Below, piece by piece: positions 37,729 to 47,397 of a stretch of 64,000 bases of DNA. The number at the start of each line of letters is the position of its first letter. The first letter of the stretch is position 1. The notes under the pieces are model-generated. The model searched no databases. It saw only the letters and a program-made list of their open reading frames with translations, and was not told where the DNA came from. The translations under genes were made by a program, and so were the position numbers. This DNA is from Candidatus Latescibacterota bacterium (GTDB taxonomy: Bacteria; Latescibacterota; UBA2968; UBA8231), in contig OZ242005.1 in assembly GCA_965204725.1 (NCBI GenBank), positions 1,024,001 through 1,088,000 of the forward strand. Reading direction: 5' to 3'.

Positions 37729-39108
37729 TTAGCCCTCCTGCCTGAGCCGGTCCAGCAGGCGGCCGAGTTGCCCCACCAAGTAAAGGGGCAGTGAGAGCAA
37801 GGTCATTTCCACAGTCTGCTGCGTTCCGCTTACTCGGTGCCGGATGGACTGGACGGTGGGCGGATTGAGATCGAAGCGCACTGCGAGGCGCGTCCCTTTG
37901 GCCGCGGCGAACTGATGCAGCGAGCGCAGGGTGCCGCTGGTGCCCGCTTTGACTTCGACCGGCACGATCCAAGTTCCCCGAGCCAGCGCGTAGTCCACTT
38001 CGGCGTTGGTGCTTTTCCCTTCCCGCAACCAGTAGTTCAGACGGGGCGTCTCCCGCCCCTCTTCCAAGTAGAGCAGGTGTTGCCCGACGAACTGTTCGGC
38101 CAAGGCTCCTTCATTGACCAGCCGGCGATCGTCCAAGTCTTTCAGAGCCAGCCAGTCTAGGCCGCACAGCCGGTTCATTAGGCCGATGTCCAAAAAGAGG
38201 AGTTTGTAGGTTTTCCAATGGACTTCGGCGTGGAGGGGCACCCCGGAACAGGCACTGTGGAAGACGGGTGCAATGACCCGGGCCTTGGTTAGCAAGTCAA
38301 TGGCGACGCGCAGTTCGCGGGCGGTCTCCTCGCGGTGGATCTCGGTGTATTTGACTTTGCGACCCACGGCTCGGGGGACGTAGTTGAAGACTCGCTGCAA
38401 GCGCAACCGGACTCGGGCGGAGGCGTACTTGGCAAAATCGTCTTGGTAGGTATCGACGATGGACTGATGCACGGGCCGCACATCGGCAAAGCAGCGGGTG
38501 GAGCTATACGCGGCCACGGCTTCGGGCATCCCCCCCACCAACAGGTACTCCCGCTGATAGGCCAACAGGCGGGTGTGGACGGCATGGGGCAAGGGCTGCT
38601 CAAGGGCGTAGCCTTGCAGATAGGCCAACAGGGGCGGGTCCAGTGCGGCGAGGAATTCCTCAAAGCTCATCGGGCCTAGATGGAAGTATTGAATGCGCCC
38701 TACCGGCATGGTAAAGGCGTGTTGCGAGAGGACGAATTCGAGTAAGGATCCAGCGGCGATGACCGGCAGCTCGGGGTGGTCTTCCCAGAAGTAGCGCAGG
38801 GCGGGCAGGGCGTGGGGGGTTGCTTGGATTTCATCGAGGAAGAGTATGCTGCCCGATGCCAACAGCGGTTGGCCCAGCAGCCCTTCGAGTTCTTGGCGGA
38901 TGTGCGTCAGGTCCAAGGTTTGGAAGACGGATTCCAAGTATGGGTGGCGCTCGAGGTTGACTTCGTTGAGGCGCAAGCGCTGGGACTGGGCGAATTGACG
39001 CACTAGGGTGGATTTGCCCACTTGGCGGGCGCCGCGGATGACCAGCGGTTTTCGCTGTGGGGCGGCAAACCATTGGGCCAGCGCACGTTCAGCCGTTCTA
39101 TTTATCAT
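37729..39108 (-). CDS. AAA_14/DUF4143 ATP-binding protein
   Basis: RKPLVIRGARQVGKS, LFLDEIQ, AAGSLL, PVGR, GGMPE and AEVDY..VEVKAG. Confidence 0.92.
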   Translation of the reverse strand: MINRTAERALAQWFAAPQRKPLVIRGARQVGKSTLVRQFAQSQRLRLNEVNLERHPYLESVFQTLDLTHIRQELEGLLGQPLLASGSILFLDEIQATPHALPALRYFWEDHPELPVIAAGSLLEFVLSQHAFTMPVGRIQYFHLGPMSFEEFLAALDPPLLAYLQGYALEQPLPHAVHTRLLAYQREYLLVGGMPEAVAAYSSTRCFADVRPVHQSIVDTYQDDFAKYASARVRLRLQRVFNYVPRAVGRKVKYTEIHREETARELRVAIDLLTKARVIAPVFHSACSGVPLHAEVHWKTYKLLFLDIGLMNRLCGLDWLALKDLDDRRLVNEGALAEQFVGQHLLYLEEGRETPRLNYWLREGKSTNAEVDYALARGTWIVPVEVKAGTSGTLRSLHQFAAAKGTRLAVRFDLNPPTVQSIRHRVSGTQQTVEMTLLSLPLYLVGQLGRLLDRLRQEG

Positions 39109-39116
39109 AATGAATA

Positions 39117-39165
39117 AAAATGCCCCCTTTTTCGTACGTATAATGTACAAAAAAGGGGGCATTTT
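39117..39165. promoter_or_regulatory. 16-bp perfect inverted repeat (putative operator) upstream of the ATPase gene
   Basis: AAAATGCCCCCTTTTT (39117-39132) and AAAAAGGGGGCATTTT (39150-39165). The spacer contains TATAAT. Confidence 0.65.
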
Positions 39166-39257
39166 ACAATCTTTTTGGCCACAAGGCCTAGATTGATCTC
39201 AGGGTACGAACTGGTTAGCTTCCTAGTCAGGACAATTTTGAATTCGGAGAGGTTACT

Positions 39258-39518
39258 ATGAATAGATCGTGGCAGGTACAAGAGGCTAAGGCGCGGTTTA
39301 GCGAACTCCTTGAGGCGAGCCTTGCCGAAGGGCCGCAAATCGTGACCAAACGGGGCGTAGAAACGGCGGTGCTGGTGCCCATTGACCAATGGCGGCGATT
39401 GGAGCAAATGAGCCAACCTACGCTGAAGCAGTTGCTACTCGCGCCCGAACCGCAGGCCGATATCCCGATACCACCTCGCCGCAGGCACCGTCATCGTCCA
39501 GCGTCGAGTTTTGAATGA
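39258..39518 (+). CDS. Phd/YefM family antitoxin
   Basis: WQVQEAKARFSELL...GPQIVTKRG...AVLV. Confidence 0.9.
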   Translation: MNRSWQVQEAKARFSELLEASLAEGPQIVTKRGVETAVLVPIDQWRRLEQMSQPTLKQLLLAPEPQADIPIPPRRRHRHRPASSFE

Positions 39519-39522
39519 ACAG

Positions 39523-39924
39523 ATGTATCTTCTCGATACCAATGTCGTCTCGGAGACGCGCCGCCCCAAGCCCAATAGGGGGGTGCTAGACTGGCTGACC
39601 AGTGTGCCCGACGAGGAACTCTACATCTCCGCAGTGACGATTGGAGAACTTCAGGCGGGCATCGAGATCACGCGCGAACAGGATGCTGCCAAGGCAGCAG
39701 AATTAGAATCTTGGCTCGACGAGGTACTCGCTTCGTATAGCGTATTGGTGCTGGATGCGGCAACCTTTCGAGCGTGGGCGCGGCTCAAGCATCGGCAGTC
39801 AGATACCCTAATGGAAGACGCCTTGATCGCGGCCACTGCCGGAACTCATAGGCTGACCGTCGTAACCCGTAACGTTGGCGACTTTGCCCAACTCGGCGTA
39901 CAGGTACTGAACCCGTTCCAGTAA
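39523..39924 (+). CDS. vapC: VapC/PIN-domain toxin
   Basis: MYLLDTNVVSE, IGEL..GI, DALIAATA and VTRN..DF. Confidence 0.92.
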   Translation: MYLLDTNVVSETRRPKPNRGVLDWLTSVPDEELYISAVTIGELQAGIEITREQDAAKAAELESWLDEVLASYSVLVLDAATFRAWARLKHRQSDTLMEDALIAATAGTHRLTVVTRNVGDFAQLGVQVLNPFQ

Positions 39925-40123
39925 ATGATCGGTTGTTCGCGCTAATTCAAAACACAATGCTCGACACCGCTTTGGAAATCAGTGCCAGCGCGATGGAAGA
40001 CATGCCGACCAATCCCATCCCGCACGAATAACCTGCCAAGAGAATCGACGCGTAAGCCCGCCAGTGCGCCACGTCAAGCGTAGCCCATTAAAAAATTCTT
40101 GCAGAAACGTTTTAGAAAAATTT

Positions 40124-40169
40124 TTGACAAAATAAATTATTATCAGTATCTTTGCTGAAACATTTATTT
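40124..40169 (+). promoter_or_regulatory. Sigma70 promoter TTGACA-17-TATCTT overlapped by an interrupted palindrome
   Basis: -35 at 40124-40129 and -10 at 40147-40152. Arms AAATAAAT (40130-40137) / ATTTATTT (40162-40169) and TCAG/CTGA. Confidence 0.6.
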
Positions 40170-40193
40170 ATCTTACAACTAAGGAGGTATAGC

Positions 40194-42335
40194 ATGACCG
40201 CTGAAATGGGTAAGTACTTGGCCCACCTCAGGGACAAAGCCGGTCTCAAGCAGAATGAACTGGCCCAGAAAGTGACGTGGAGCCCGGCAGTTCTCTCCCG
40301 CGTAGAATCGGGAGGACGGGATGTGTCCACCGAAGAGTTGAACTCTATCTTGGAGGCAATCGGCACCGAGGAAGCCCTGCGATTTCGAGAGACCGTCGGG
40401 CGCGTTTGGCAGAAGTTGCAGAAGCCACCGTTCGGACACCCCGACGAGTCGTTTCTTTGGGAAGCAGAGCAGGCACTCCAGAGCGTAGAAGAGCTTTCGG
40501 CAAGGCCGGACATCAAGAACGTATTTGTGAAGCGCTTGGAAGAATTTCATGATGAACTCGACAAAGCTGCCGAGCTCGTCTTGGGAACAGAGCACAGCGT
40601 CGCGTTCGTCGGAGACATTGGCGTAGGGAAATCCACAGCTATATGCCGCGTAGCTGACCTTGAGGTGCAAAAAGAGAATAAGGTTGATCCCGTGCTTGAA
40701 GCAGGTGGGGGTGGAGTAACCGTATGCGAAGTCCATCTCGTGCAGGGACCTCACTACGGGCTCGTCGTCGAACCTATGGACGAAAGCGAGCTCCGCAGAG
40801 AAGTCCTTGAGTTCGCGTCTTTCCTCAGGCATTCCCCAGAGGAACATCAAGAAGAGGAAACAGGGGATCTAGATGCTCACGGGACCTCAAAAGAGATAGA
40901 GCGTGCAATCCGAAACATGAGCAGGCTTACTAAGAAAGTCAGCAGAAAGACGGGACCTGATGGTAAGAAGGTACGGGTGTCCGTGGATCCCGCCGAGGAT
41001 CTGGCTGAGAAATTCTCAGCCTCGAATGCGCTTGCCGTAGAAATCTTGGAGCGAATGAGGCTCCAAAAGAGGACAAGGCGAGAGCTATGGCTCTCCGAAG
41101 CCTCCAGCGAGGACCCGCTGCTGTGGTTGAAGAAAAATTTTGAGCAGGTGAACAACGGGAGGCATCCCGAGTTTTCTATACCAAAGCGCATCGAGATCTC
41201 TGTGCCCCAACGAATTCTTGAGGAGGAAGCACTGTCCATCCGCATGGTGGACACTAAGGGCATTGATCGGACAGCCGAACGCCGGGACTTGGAAGAACAT
41301 TTCAATGCCCCTAATACGATTGTGGTCCTTTGCTCCTCCTTTAACGATGCGCCTTCAAACTCGGTGCAACAGCTATTGGAAAGGGCGGAAAAAGGACGGG
41401 TTGCTAACTTACAGGACAAGGCCGCAGTGCTGGCGTTGCCACGACCCGACGAGGCCCTTGCTGTGAAGGATGATGAAGGGTTTAGAGCCGAAACCGTGGA
41501 CGAGGGGTATGAACTCAAAGGGGACCAAGTTGAAATGCGCTTAGAAGCACTGAATGTCTCCGATGTGCGCGTCGAATTCTTCAATGCGCGTGAAGATGCA
41601 CCTAAACGCCTCAGTGACTTTTTGTTGAAATTGGTCCATGGTCTAAGGAAAAGGCACCGTGAAAATCTTGAGGAGGCGATAGACGGTGCCAATCATCTGG
41701 TGCAAAATTTTGAAGAGAAACAGGTCCAAGAGATACAGCAACAGGCAGCCAGACGCCTGAGCGTATGGCTAGAACACAATCAGCAGATCGGCCACTTCTC
41801 CAAGGGCTTACAGGATAGCTTGCTCGCGGCCATCGCAAGAGCACATGCGAGTTCTTTACGGGCAAGCGTTCGTCGTCAAGGAGAATGGTACAACCTTGAT
41901 TATTCTCACCAACTCGACAACGGTGCCCGAGTGGTGGCCGCAGGTGCTGTGGGAGCCAAACAAGATAAACTCGAGGCGGTTACTGATAATCTCCTCCAAA
42001 ATAGTGATTTCAAGGAGGCTTTCGACCTAGTGCGTCAGGCCCGCCGGATTCTCAAGTCTGGAATCGACGATCTTCTTTGGAAGAGCCAACTGTTGGGAAG
42101 GACAATCCATACTAGGGATATGATGCCCGATGGACAACTCTGGAATAAGTGCAACGAGGAATGGGGCGGAGGTTCAGGGTATCGTGATCGGGTATTGAAG
42201 CACCACCGAGATTGGTTTGCTGATGGCAGCCACGCCATCAATGCACAGGCACTTGTTGAACTTGTCGAAAAGGAATGGCGGGAAATCCTGAATCGTCTAG
42301 CGGCTATTCTCGACTTCAAGGAGGACGAGGAATGA
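40194..42335 (+). CDS. XRE-type HTH fused to a dynamin-like P-loop GTPase with a helical C-terminus
   Basis: AAGGAGG RBS. HTH LRDKAGLKQNELA...LSRVESG. G1 GDIGVGKST, G2-like GVTVCE and G3 DTKG separated by a long insert. Confidence 0.7.
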   Translation: MTAEMGKYLAHLRDKAGLKQNELAQKVTWSPAVLSRVESGGRDVSTEELNSILEAIGTEEALRFRETVGRVWQKLQKPPFGHPDESFLWEAEQALQSVEELSARPDIKNVFVKRLEEFHDELDKAAELVLGTEHSVAFVGDIGVGKSTAICRVADLEVQKENKVDPVLEAGGGGVTVCEVHLVQGPHYGLVVEPMDESELRREVLEFASFLRHSPEEHQEEETGDLDAHGTSKEIERAIRNMSRLTKKVSRKTGPDGKKVRVSVDPAEDLAEKFSASNALAVEILERMRLQKRTRRELWLSEASSEDPLLWLKKNFEQVNNGRHPEFSIPKRIEISVPQRILEEEALSIRMVDTKGIDRTAERRDLEEHFNAPNTIVVLCSSFNDAPSNSVQQLLERAEKGRVANLQDKAAVLALPRPDEALAVKDDEGFRAETVDEGYELKGDQVEMRLEALNVSDVRVEFFNAREDAPKRLSDFLLKLVHGLRKRHRENLEEAIDGANHLVQNFEEKQVQEIQQQAARRLSVWLEHNQQIGHFSKGLQDSLLAAIARAHASSLRASVRRQGEWYNLDYSHQLDNGARVVAAGAVGAKQDKLEAVTDNLLQNSDFKEAFDLVRQARRILKSGIDDLLWKSQLLGRTIHTRDMMPDGQLWNKCNEEWGGGSGYRDRVLKHHRDWFADGSHAINAQALVELVEKEWREILNRLAAILDFKEDEE

Positions 42336-42371
42336 ACGCAACTCTCCGTAGTCGGCGTTGTTCTTAGCCTA

Positions 42372-42646
42372 GAAGCTATCTCATAAATAGTCTGGCCGTG
42401 CTACGTTAGTGGTATTCCCTTTCGGAGGTATCTCTTATGGATCGTACCGATGACCAGTGGTCGATCGTGTCCCCGCTGCGGCCGGCGTGTCCCAAACGCC
42501 GCGATGGCCGGGGTCGTCCTTGGCGTTGTAACCGGGCGGTGCTCAATGGTATTCTGTGGATTCTCCGCACCGGGGCGCCTTGGCATGACCTGCCTGATCG
42601 CTATCCGTCCTACCAGACCTGCCATCGTCGATTCCAACGGTGGTCG
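42372..42646 (+). mobile_element. IS5-family fragment (left end plus transposase N-terminus from 42437), truncated
   Basis: TDDQW..V.P, GRP...[33 protein letters not shown]. Begins next to a CTAG at 42369-42372. Confidence 0.85.
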
Positions 42647-43328
42647 CTAAGTACACGACAGTAACATGTGTTCATATTGTCGTGCGTATTTAGGTTGTTC
42701 TTGTGCTTGATGTATGATTTGGGTGAGTTGGTCGAGTCCTCGTCGCCACAGGCTGATGGCTCTTCGTCCGTGTTTTTTTATGGGGCTGGGTTTTGTCTGC
42801 TGGAGTTGTAGTCCTACCAGCAGCGTCCACAGGAGCGTCCACGCGAGCAGCCCCAGCAGCAAGGGCAAGCGTTGGGGGTGGGTCCGATGAGTATCTTGGC
42901 GGTTAAATCCTCTCGATTTCAAACACGCAAAGGTGGTCTCAATCGTCCAGCGTTGTCCATAGAGGGTTCGCACCTGCTTTAGGTCGGTTCGGTTGGTGAT
43001 CAGCAGGATGGGTTCGCCGTGGGCGGGACGATGACAGACCAAGTTCACGGTCACGCCGCCGTAGAGGGTGGTCTGAGGGTAATATCGGGTGGTGTTTTGG
43101 GGCATTCGCGCATTAAACGTCGCGCCATAGCACTGCCGCCCATCTTGGAGGGTCCGCCGGGTGTTGCCGTGCAGACGGATAACAAAATCGACCGCTTGCT
43201 CCTGTAGAAAGGTCCACCACGCTCGCCCCATACACTCGCGGTCAGCGCCCAGACAGCACATCCTTCGGTCGAAGTAGGACAACACTTGGGTTAGCAGGTG
43301 CTTCCGTTCGGCGGTGTTGGAGTTGCCC
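42647..43328 (-). mobile_element. IS4-family DDE transposase 3' fragment with its terminal end
   Basis: GNSNTAER, ADRE..G..W, Y..RW.IET.F..LKSRGFN..DT, KKHGR...S and C-terminal LSCT. The 5' half is absent. Confidence 0.85.
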
Positions 43329-44765
43329 TATCTGAACGGCGAGTTGCCGTAACTCGCTATCAGTCAGGCTCGGAATCGGCACCTTAACGGCCCCCGCCAC
43401 CTCAAGAGGCTCCAAGTGTTTACCGGGCTGACTCAAAACGATCAGTGTGCTGCCAAGCGGTAGATCTAGGGCCGCAAGTGCCTCGGCCAGTGTGAAGGAC
43501 GGATCAATGGTTGGCGATCTACCGCTGACATGAGAAACGCGAGTAACGTGGTCTATCCCATCGACCACGAGGGCGACACGGTGATCGGGCTGCTTCCTGA
43601 GTGCTGCAACGACAGTTTCCTCAAGTGCCTCCTCATCGACCGCAAACCTTGGCCGCTGCTTGGAAACCAGTTCTGGGTCAGATTCGGCGATTCGTCCAAG
43701 GAGACTCCCGAATACTGACTCTGTAAGAACGCGAGGGAGCCGTTCCCCATCCGCGTCGCCGAGGTAACAGTAATGCTCTGCAACGAGCCATTCCTTGTTT
43801 GAAAGACTGTTGATCATTTGCTGGCAAATCCAAGACTTCCCTTGTCCTGGTGGACCCACGAGCAAGATGACTTTCCCCGCGGCGGTCGCTGTAGCCGCCT
43901 GTTGAACTAGTTTGGCCACGGTCCTAGAGCGCGATACCTCAATGGTTTGATCAACTGGATGGGCACGGACGACCGCGCCGAAGTCGCTACGGAGTTGAGC
44001 CCGACGCAGTAGTTCCGATGTGGTGACAGTCATGGAACCCTGCCGTGCGATGCGGGCAGACCTGATGAGAGCCTCAGCAACATCGACAGCCGATCTGTCT
44101 GCATTTGGGTACATCCCCGCGCCGACTTCGGTCTGGACGCGTTTGAGCAACAATTGCTCTGCCGCACCCGGTTCGGTCAGATCCAAGCTCGCAGCTGGCG
44201 CATCAAGCTCAACGACGAGGCGTTCACAAACCCAATCTAGATCTGGACGTTCAACGGCTCCTTGGATAAAAACAAAAGGCTTAGCTGCCAAGTCGCTGAG
44301 TTCTTCCCAGAGAGCATCGGCACGGAAGCGCATACGTACGCTGTCCATTCTAGGCAAAATTGGGCCAGGGTCAGGATTCGCCGGTTCAAGAACCGCGAGT
44401 AGCCGTGCGTCGGTCGGCGGTGCGTCGCGCAATACGATTCGGAAAGAAAATCCCTTGGCTTGAATTCCCGGTCCATCTCGATCTGCAAGCACGGTCGAAA
44501 TTACACGATCCAATCGAAGACTACGTGCATCACTGGTGAATGTCGCCAGCGTCAGGGCTTGATCGGCATTATCCGTATGCTTGATTTGTATGCGCTCCCG
44601 ACAGCCTGTTTCATCCACAGTGGTCAGGTCATCAAATCTGTCGTCCGGTACCAGTTTCTCGTCAACACGGATATTCACGATTGATCCAAGCATGACATCT
44701 ACTAGCCGTGTAGCTACCAGCAGATCCTGATACTCGTACCCTCGATAAGCAGATGTTAGTGCCAC
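43329..44765 (-). pseudogene. Truncated nuclease-ATPase (STAND/NACHT-like) putative defence gene
   Basis: N-terminal A.RGYEYQD...DDL...QIK nuclease-like motif, Walker A GPPGQGKS and Walker B LVVDGID. Runs directly into IS4 sequence at about 43328. Confidence 0.7.
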
Positions 44766-44896
44766 GGTTTTAAATAGACGTTGGTTAGAAGTGAAGTGAA
44801 ACCCTTTGGATAGCAGGATAACACCGCGTCCAAGGTGCGTCGGTACAGAGCCGCATGCGGCTGCGGTACTGTTCCTCCTAATACCTTACACCTAAC

Positions 44897-45973
44897 TCAG
44901 TACACCCCCACCACCACGGACTCCTGCAACTCCGTCAGCAGGCGCAGGTCTTTGACGCCGTCCCAAGGATAGGCATCGATGGGCGCGGCGCGTTCGGCCT
45001 CGTCGCGCTCGAGAAAGCGGGGCATGAAAAATTCCTTGGTCAGGGTGGTGAGCATGACTTGGCCGGTCTCGCCGTAGCCGACTTTGCGCGCGGGATCGCT
45101 GGGATCGACCAGCTCGATGACGGCGCGGGGCTGCGGCGGGTAGTAAGTGATGGCGTACTCGTCGGCCGGGTCAAAGGGCTTGGGGCAGGCGAGGCCCATC
45201 AGGGTGTTGCCGTAGGTGGGCACAAAGGCGAGGCCGGGCACCAGCTCCTCGCGGGCGAAGCGATGGAACTGGGCGTTCATCTCCGTGCCGCCGCAGAAGA
45301 CGCCCTTGATGCCCAGCTTGGGCAGGGAGACTTTTTCGCAGAGGGCTTCGAGGAGCCGGGGGGTGGTGAACACGCACTGCACGTTGTCGTGAGTCTTGAG
45401 GATTTTGAGGGCCTGATCGACGATGTGGGCCTTGTAGGCTTCTAGCTCTCGCATCTGGCCGGCGCGGATGAGTTCGTTGACCCAGCGCGGGTCGAGATCG
45501 ACCATGAAGCACAAGCCGCCGCGGTGCTGGGCCAAGTACTCAATGGCGAGGCGCAGGCGGCGCGGCCCCGAAGGCCCCAGCATCAGCCAGTCGGCCCCCT
45601 GAGGAAAATCCGCCGCGGACAGGCTCTCGCTGTAGAGCGCGTAGTCGGTTTGGAAGTCGCGGATGTTGATGCGGTATTTGGGCAGGCCGGTCGAGCCGCC
45701 GGTCTCAAAGACGTAGATCGGCTCGTCGGCATACGCTTGGGGAACCCACTGGCGCACCGGGCCGCCGCGCAGCCACTCGTCCTCAAAGTGGCCGAGCCGG
45801 GCCAAGTCGGCGTAGGAGCGAATGTGCTCGCGGGGGTCGAAGCCGAGCCGCTGGGCGTAGGAAAGCCAAAATGGGCAGCCGGTCTCCGGGCTGAAGTGCC
45901 ACTCGACGATGGCGCGGACGTGGGCGTCAAGGGCGGCGCGGGCGGCCGCGATCGCAGCGGGCGAAACGCTCAT
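44897..45973 (-). CDS. EhpF/GriC-like adenylate-forming protein (phenylacetate-CoA ligase-related)
   Basis: WHFSPETGCPFW, FETGGSTG.PK, DLDPRWV, YGNTLMG and ERD.A.R. ATG 45973 overlaps the upstream stop. Confidence 0.75.
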   Translation of the reverse strand: MSVSPAAIAAARAALDAHVRAIVEWHFSPETGCPFWLSYAQRLGFDPREHIRSYADLARLGHFEDEWLRGGPVRQWVPQAYADEPIYVFETGGSTGLPKYRINIRDFQTDYALYSESLSAADFPQGADWLMLGPSGPRRLRLAIEYLAQHRGGLCFMVDLDPRWVNELIRAGQMRELEAYKAHIVDQALKILKTHDNVQCVFTTPRLLEALCEKVSLPKLGIKGVFCGGTEMNAQFHRFAREELVPGLAFVPTYGNTLMGLACPKPFDPADEYAITYYPPQPRAVIELVDPSDPARKVGYGETGQVMLTTLTKEFFMPRFLERDEAERAAPIDAYPWDGVKDLRLLTELQESVVVGVY

Positions 45974-47397
45974 TGGTCCTCTGCTGCGATCGCGAAGAGG
46001 GTGTTGCGCGAGGCGATGTAGAGCACGCCGTCGCGGGCGACCGGAGTGGTGTACACGGCACTGCCCAGATTGGTCTCGTGGAGTACGGCGAGGGTTTTGC
46101 CGGCCTTGAGCACCGCGACATCGCCGTCCTCGTCGCCGATATAGACCTTGCCGTCGGCGACAAAGGGCGAGCCCCATACCGCAGCAAACGTGTCGTGCGT
46201 CCAGTGGTGGGTGCCGGTCTTGGCGTCGAGGCAATAGACGAAGCCGCTTAGGTCGGCGGCGTAGAGCAGGCCGTCGGCAATGGCGACGGTGGAGATGGTG
46301 CGGTGGTAGGCTTTGCCGCCTACGTGCCAGACCGCGCCCGTCGCGGTGATGTCGCCGGTGCCGGTGGGGTCAATGGCCCACAGGTGTCCTTCGCCTTCGC
46401 CGTGCTCGGGATCTTGGCCGACGCCGATATAGACCAAGCCGTCGTGAAAGACGGGCGTTGAGACGAGGTTGTTGCGGGTGCCGCGCCCGCCCAATGCCCA
46501 CACCGATTCCTTGGGGTTGCAGTCGAATTTCCAGATCAGTTCGCCGGTGTCGGGGGCGAGGGCATAGACCCAGCCGTCGCCGCCGGGGAAAATGACCTGC
46601 TTGCGGCCCCCGGCCTCGCCGTAAGCGGGATTGGACCACTGGCCGTGCAGAATCCGGTCGCCGGGCAAGTCGCTGTCCCAGAGGAGGCGACCGGTCTGCA
46701 TGTCGAGGGCGATAAAGCTGGGGGCAAAGGGAGCCGGGATGTGGATGTGGCTCTCATCGACGCCGTTGCTGGTCAAGGCAAAGAGTCGGCCATCCACGCC
46801 GAGGGGCGAGCTGGTTGCGAGGTTGTGGGGGAAGACGTCCAACTCGGCGATCATGTCGAATCTCCAGATAAGATCCGCGTTGGTGGGCGCGGTGGCGGGT
46901 TCGTCGGTGATCGGGCCGTCGTTCTCGCCGTCGCGGAAGCCTTCGGTGTCGAGGCACAGGACTTCGGCGCGATTGGAGACATAGTAAAGGCGGTCGCCGG
47001 CGATGTATGGGGTGGAGCAGACGCCCTGCTGCGGCCAGTCGTTGACGCGGCCGGCCGGCAGCTTGGGATGGGCGATTTGCCAGAGGAACGAGCCGTCCGC
47101 TAAGGAAAAGGCCATGACCACCCCCCGGTCGCCTTGGTGGCTGGGATCGCGCTCGGCTTGGTTGTTGGTGCCGACGAAAATTTTGTCGCCGGCGATCAAA
47201 GGCCCGCCGTAGGTCTGCGAGCCGAGCGCGGCACGCCACTTGACGTTTGCCCCGGTCTCGACGTCCCAAACGGTGGGCAGGTTTTGCTCGCCCGAGGCTT
47301 GGTTGCGCCCCGGCGAGCCGCCCCACATCGCGGTTTGGGCGCTAGCGGAAGCGGTTAGGGCGAGGAGGAGGAGGAAGTGCTGAGCCATCGTTTTCAT
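45970..47397 (-). CDS. Secreted PQQ-like/BamB beta-propeller protein
   Basis: Signal peptide, WGG...RN, NVKW.A.LG and repeated SP...DG.VY / G...W motifs. Confidence 0.85.
   Translation of the reverse strand: MKTMAQHFLLLLALTASASAQTAMWGGSPGRNQASGEQNLPTVWDVETGANVKWRAALGSQTYGGPLIAGDKIFVGTNNQAERDPSHQGDRGVVMAFSLADGSFLWQIAHPKLPAGRVNDWPQQGVCSTPYIAGDRLYYVSNRAEVLCLDTEGFRDGENDGPITDEPATAPTNADLIWRFDMIAELDVFPHNLATSSPLGVDGRLFALTSNGVDESHIHIPAPFAPSFIALDMQTGRLLWDSDLPGDRILHGQWSNPAYGEAGGRKQVIFPGGDGWVYALAPDTGELIWKFDCNPKESVWALGGRGTRNNLVSTPVFHDGLVYIGVGQDPEHGEGEGHLWAIDPTGTGDITATGAVWHVGGKAYHRTISTVAIADGLLYAADLSGFVYCLDAKTGTHHWTHDTFAAVWGSPFVADGKVYIGDEDGDVAVLKAGKTLAVLHETNLGSAVYTTPVARDGVLYIASRNTLFAIAAEDQ

Noticed and set aside
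39925-40085. Short open stretch (LIQNTMLDTALEISASAMEDMPTNPIPHE), possible gene remnant
   Set aside because: Too short and no recognisable family.
42332-42367. ATG overlapping the GTPase stop, possible lost partner gene
   Set aside because: Only 11 sense codons before a stop, which cannot be distinguished from chance.
44820-44896. Palindrome AGCCGCATGCGGCT and a nearby CCTAAC, possible attC or island boundary
   Set aside because: No paired R/L boxes could be assigned and there is no integrase in the window.
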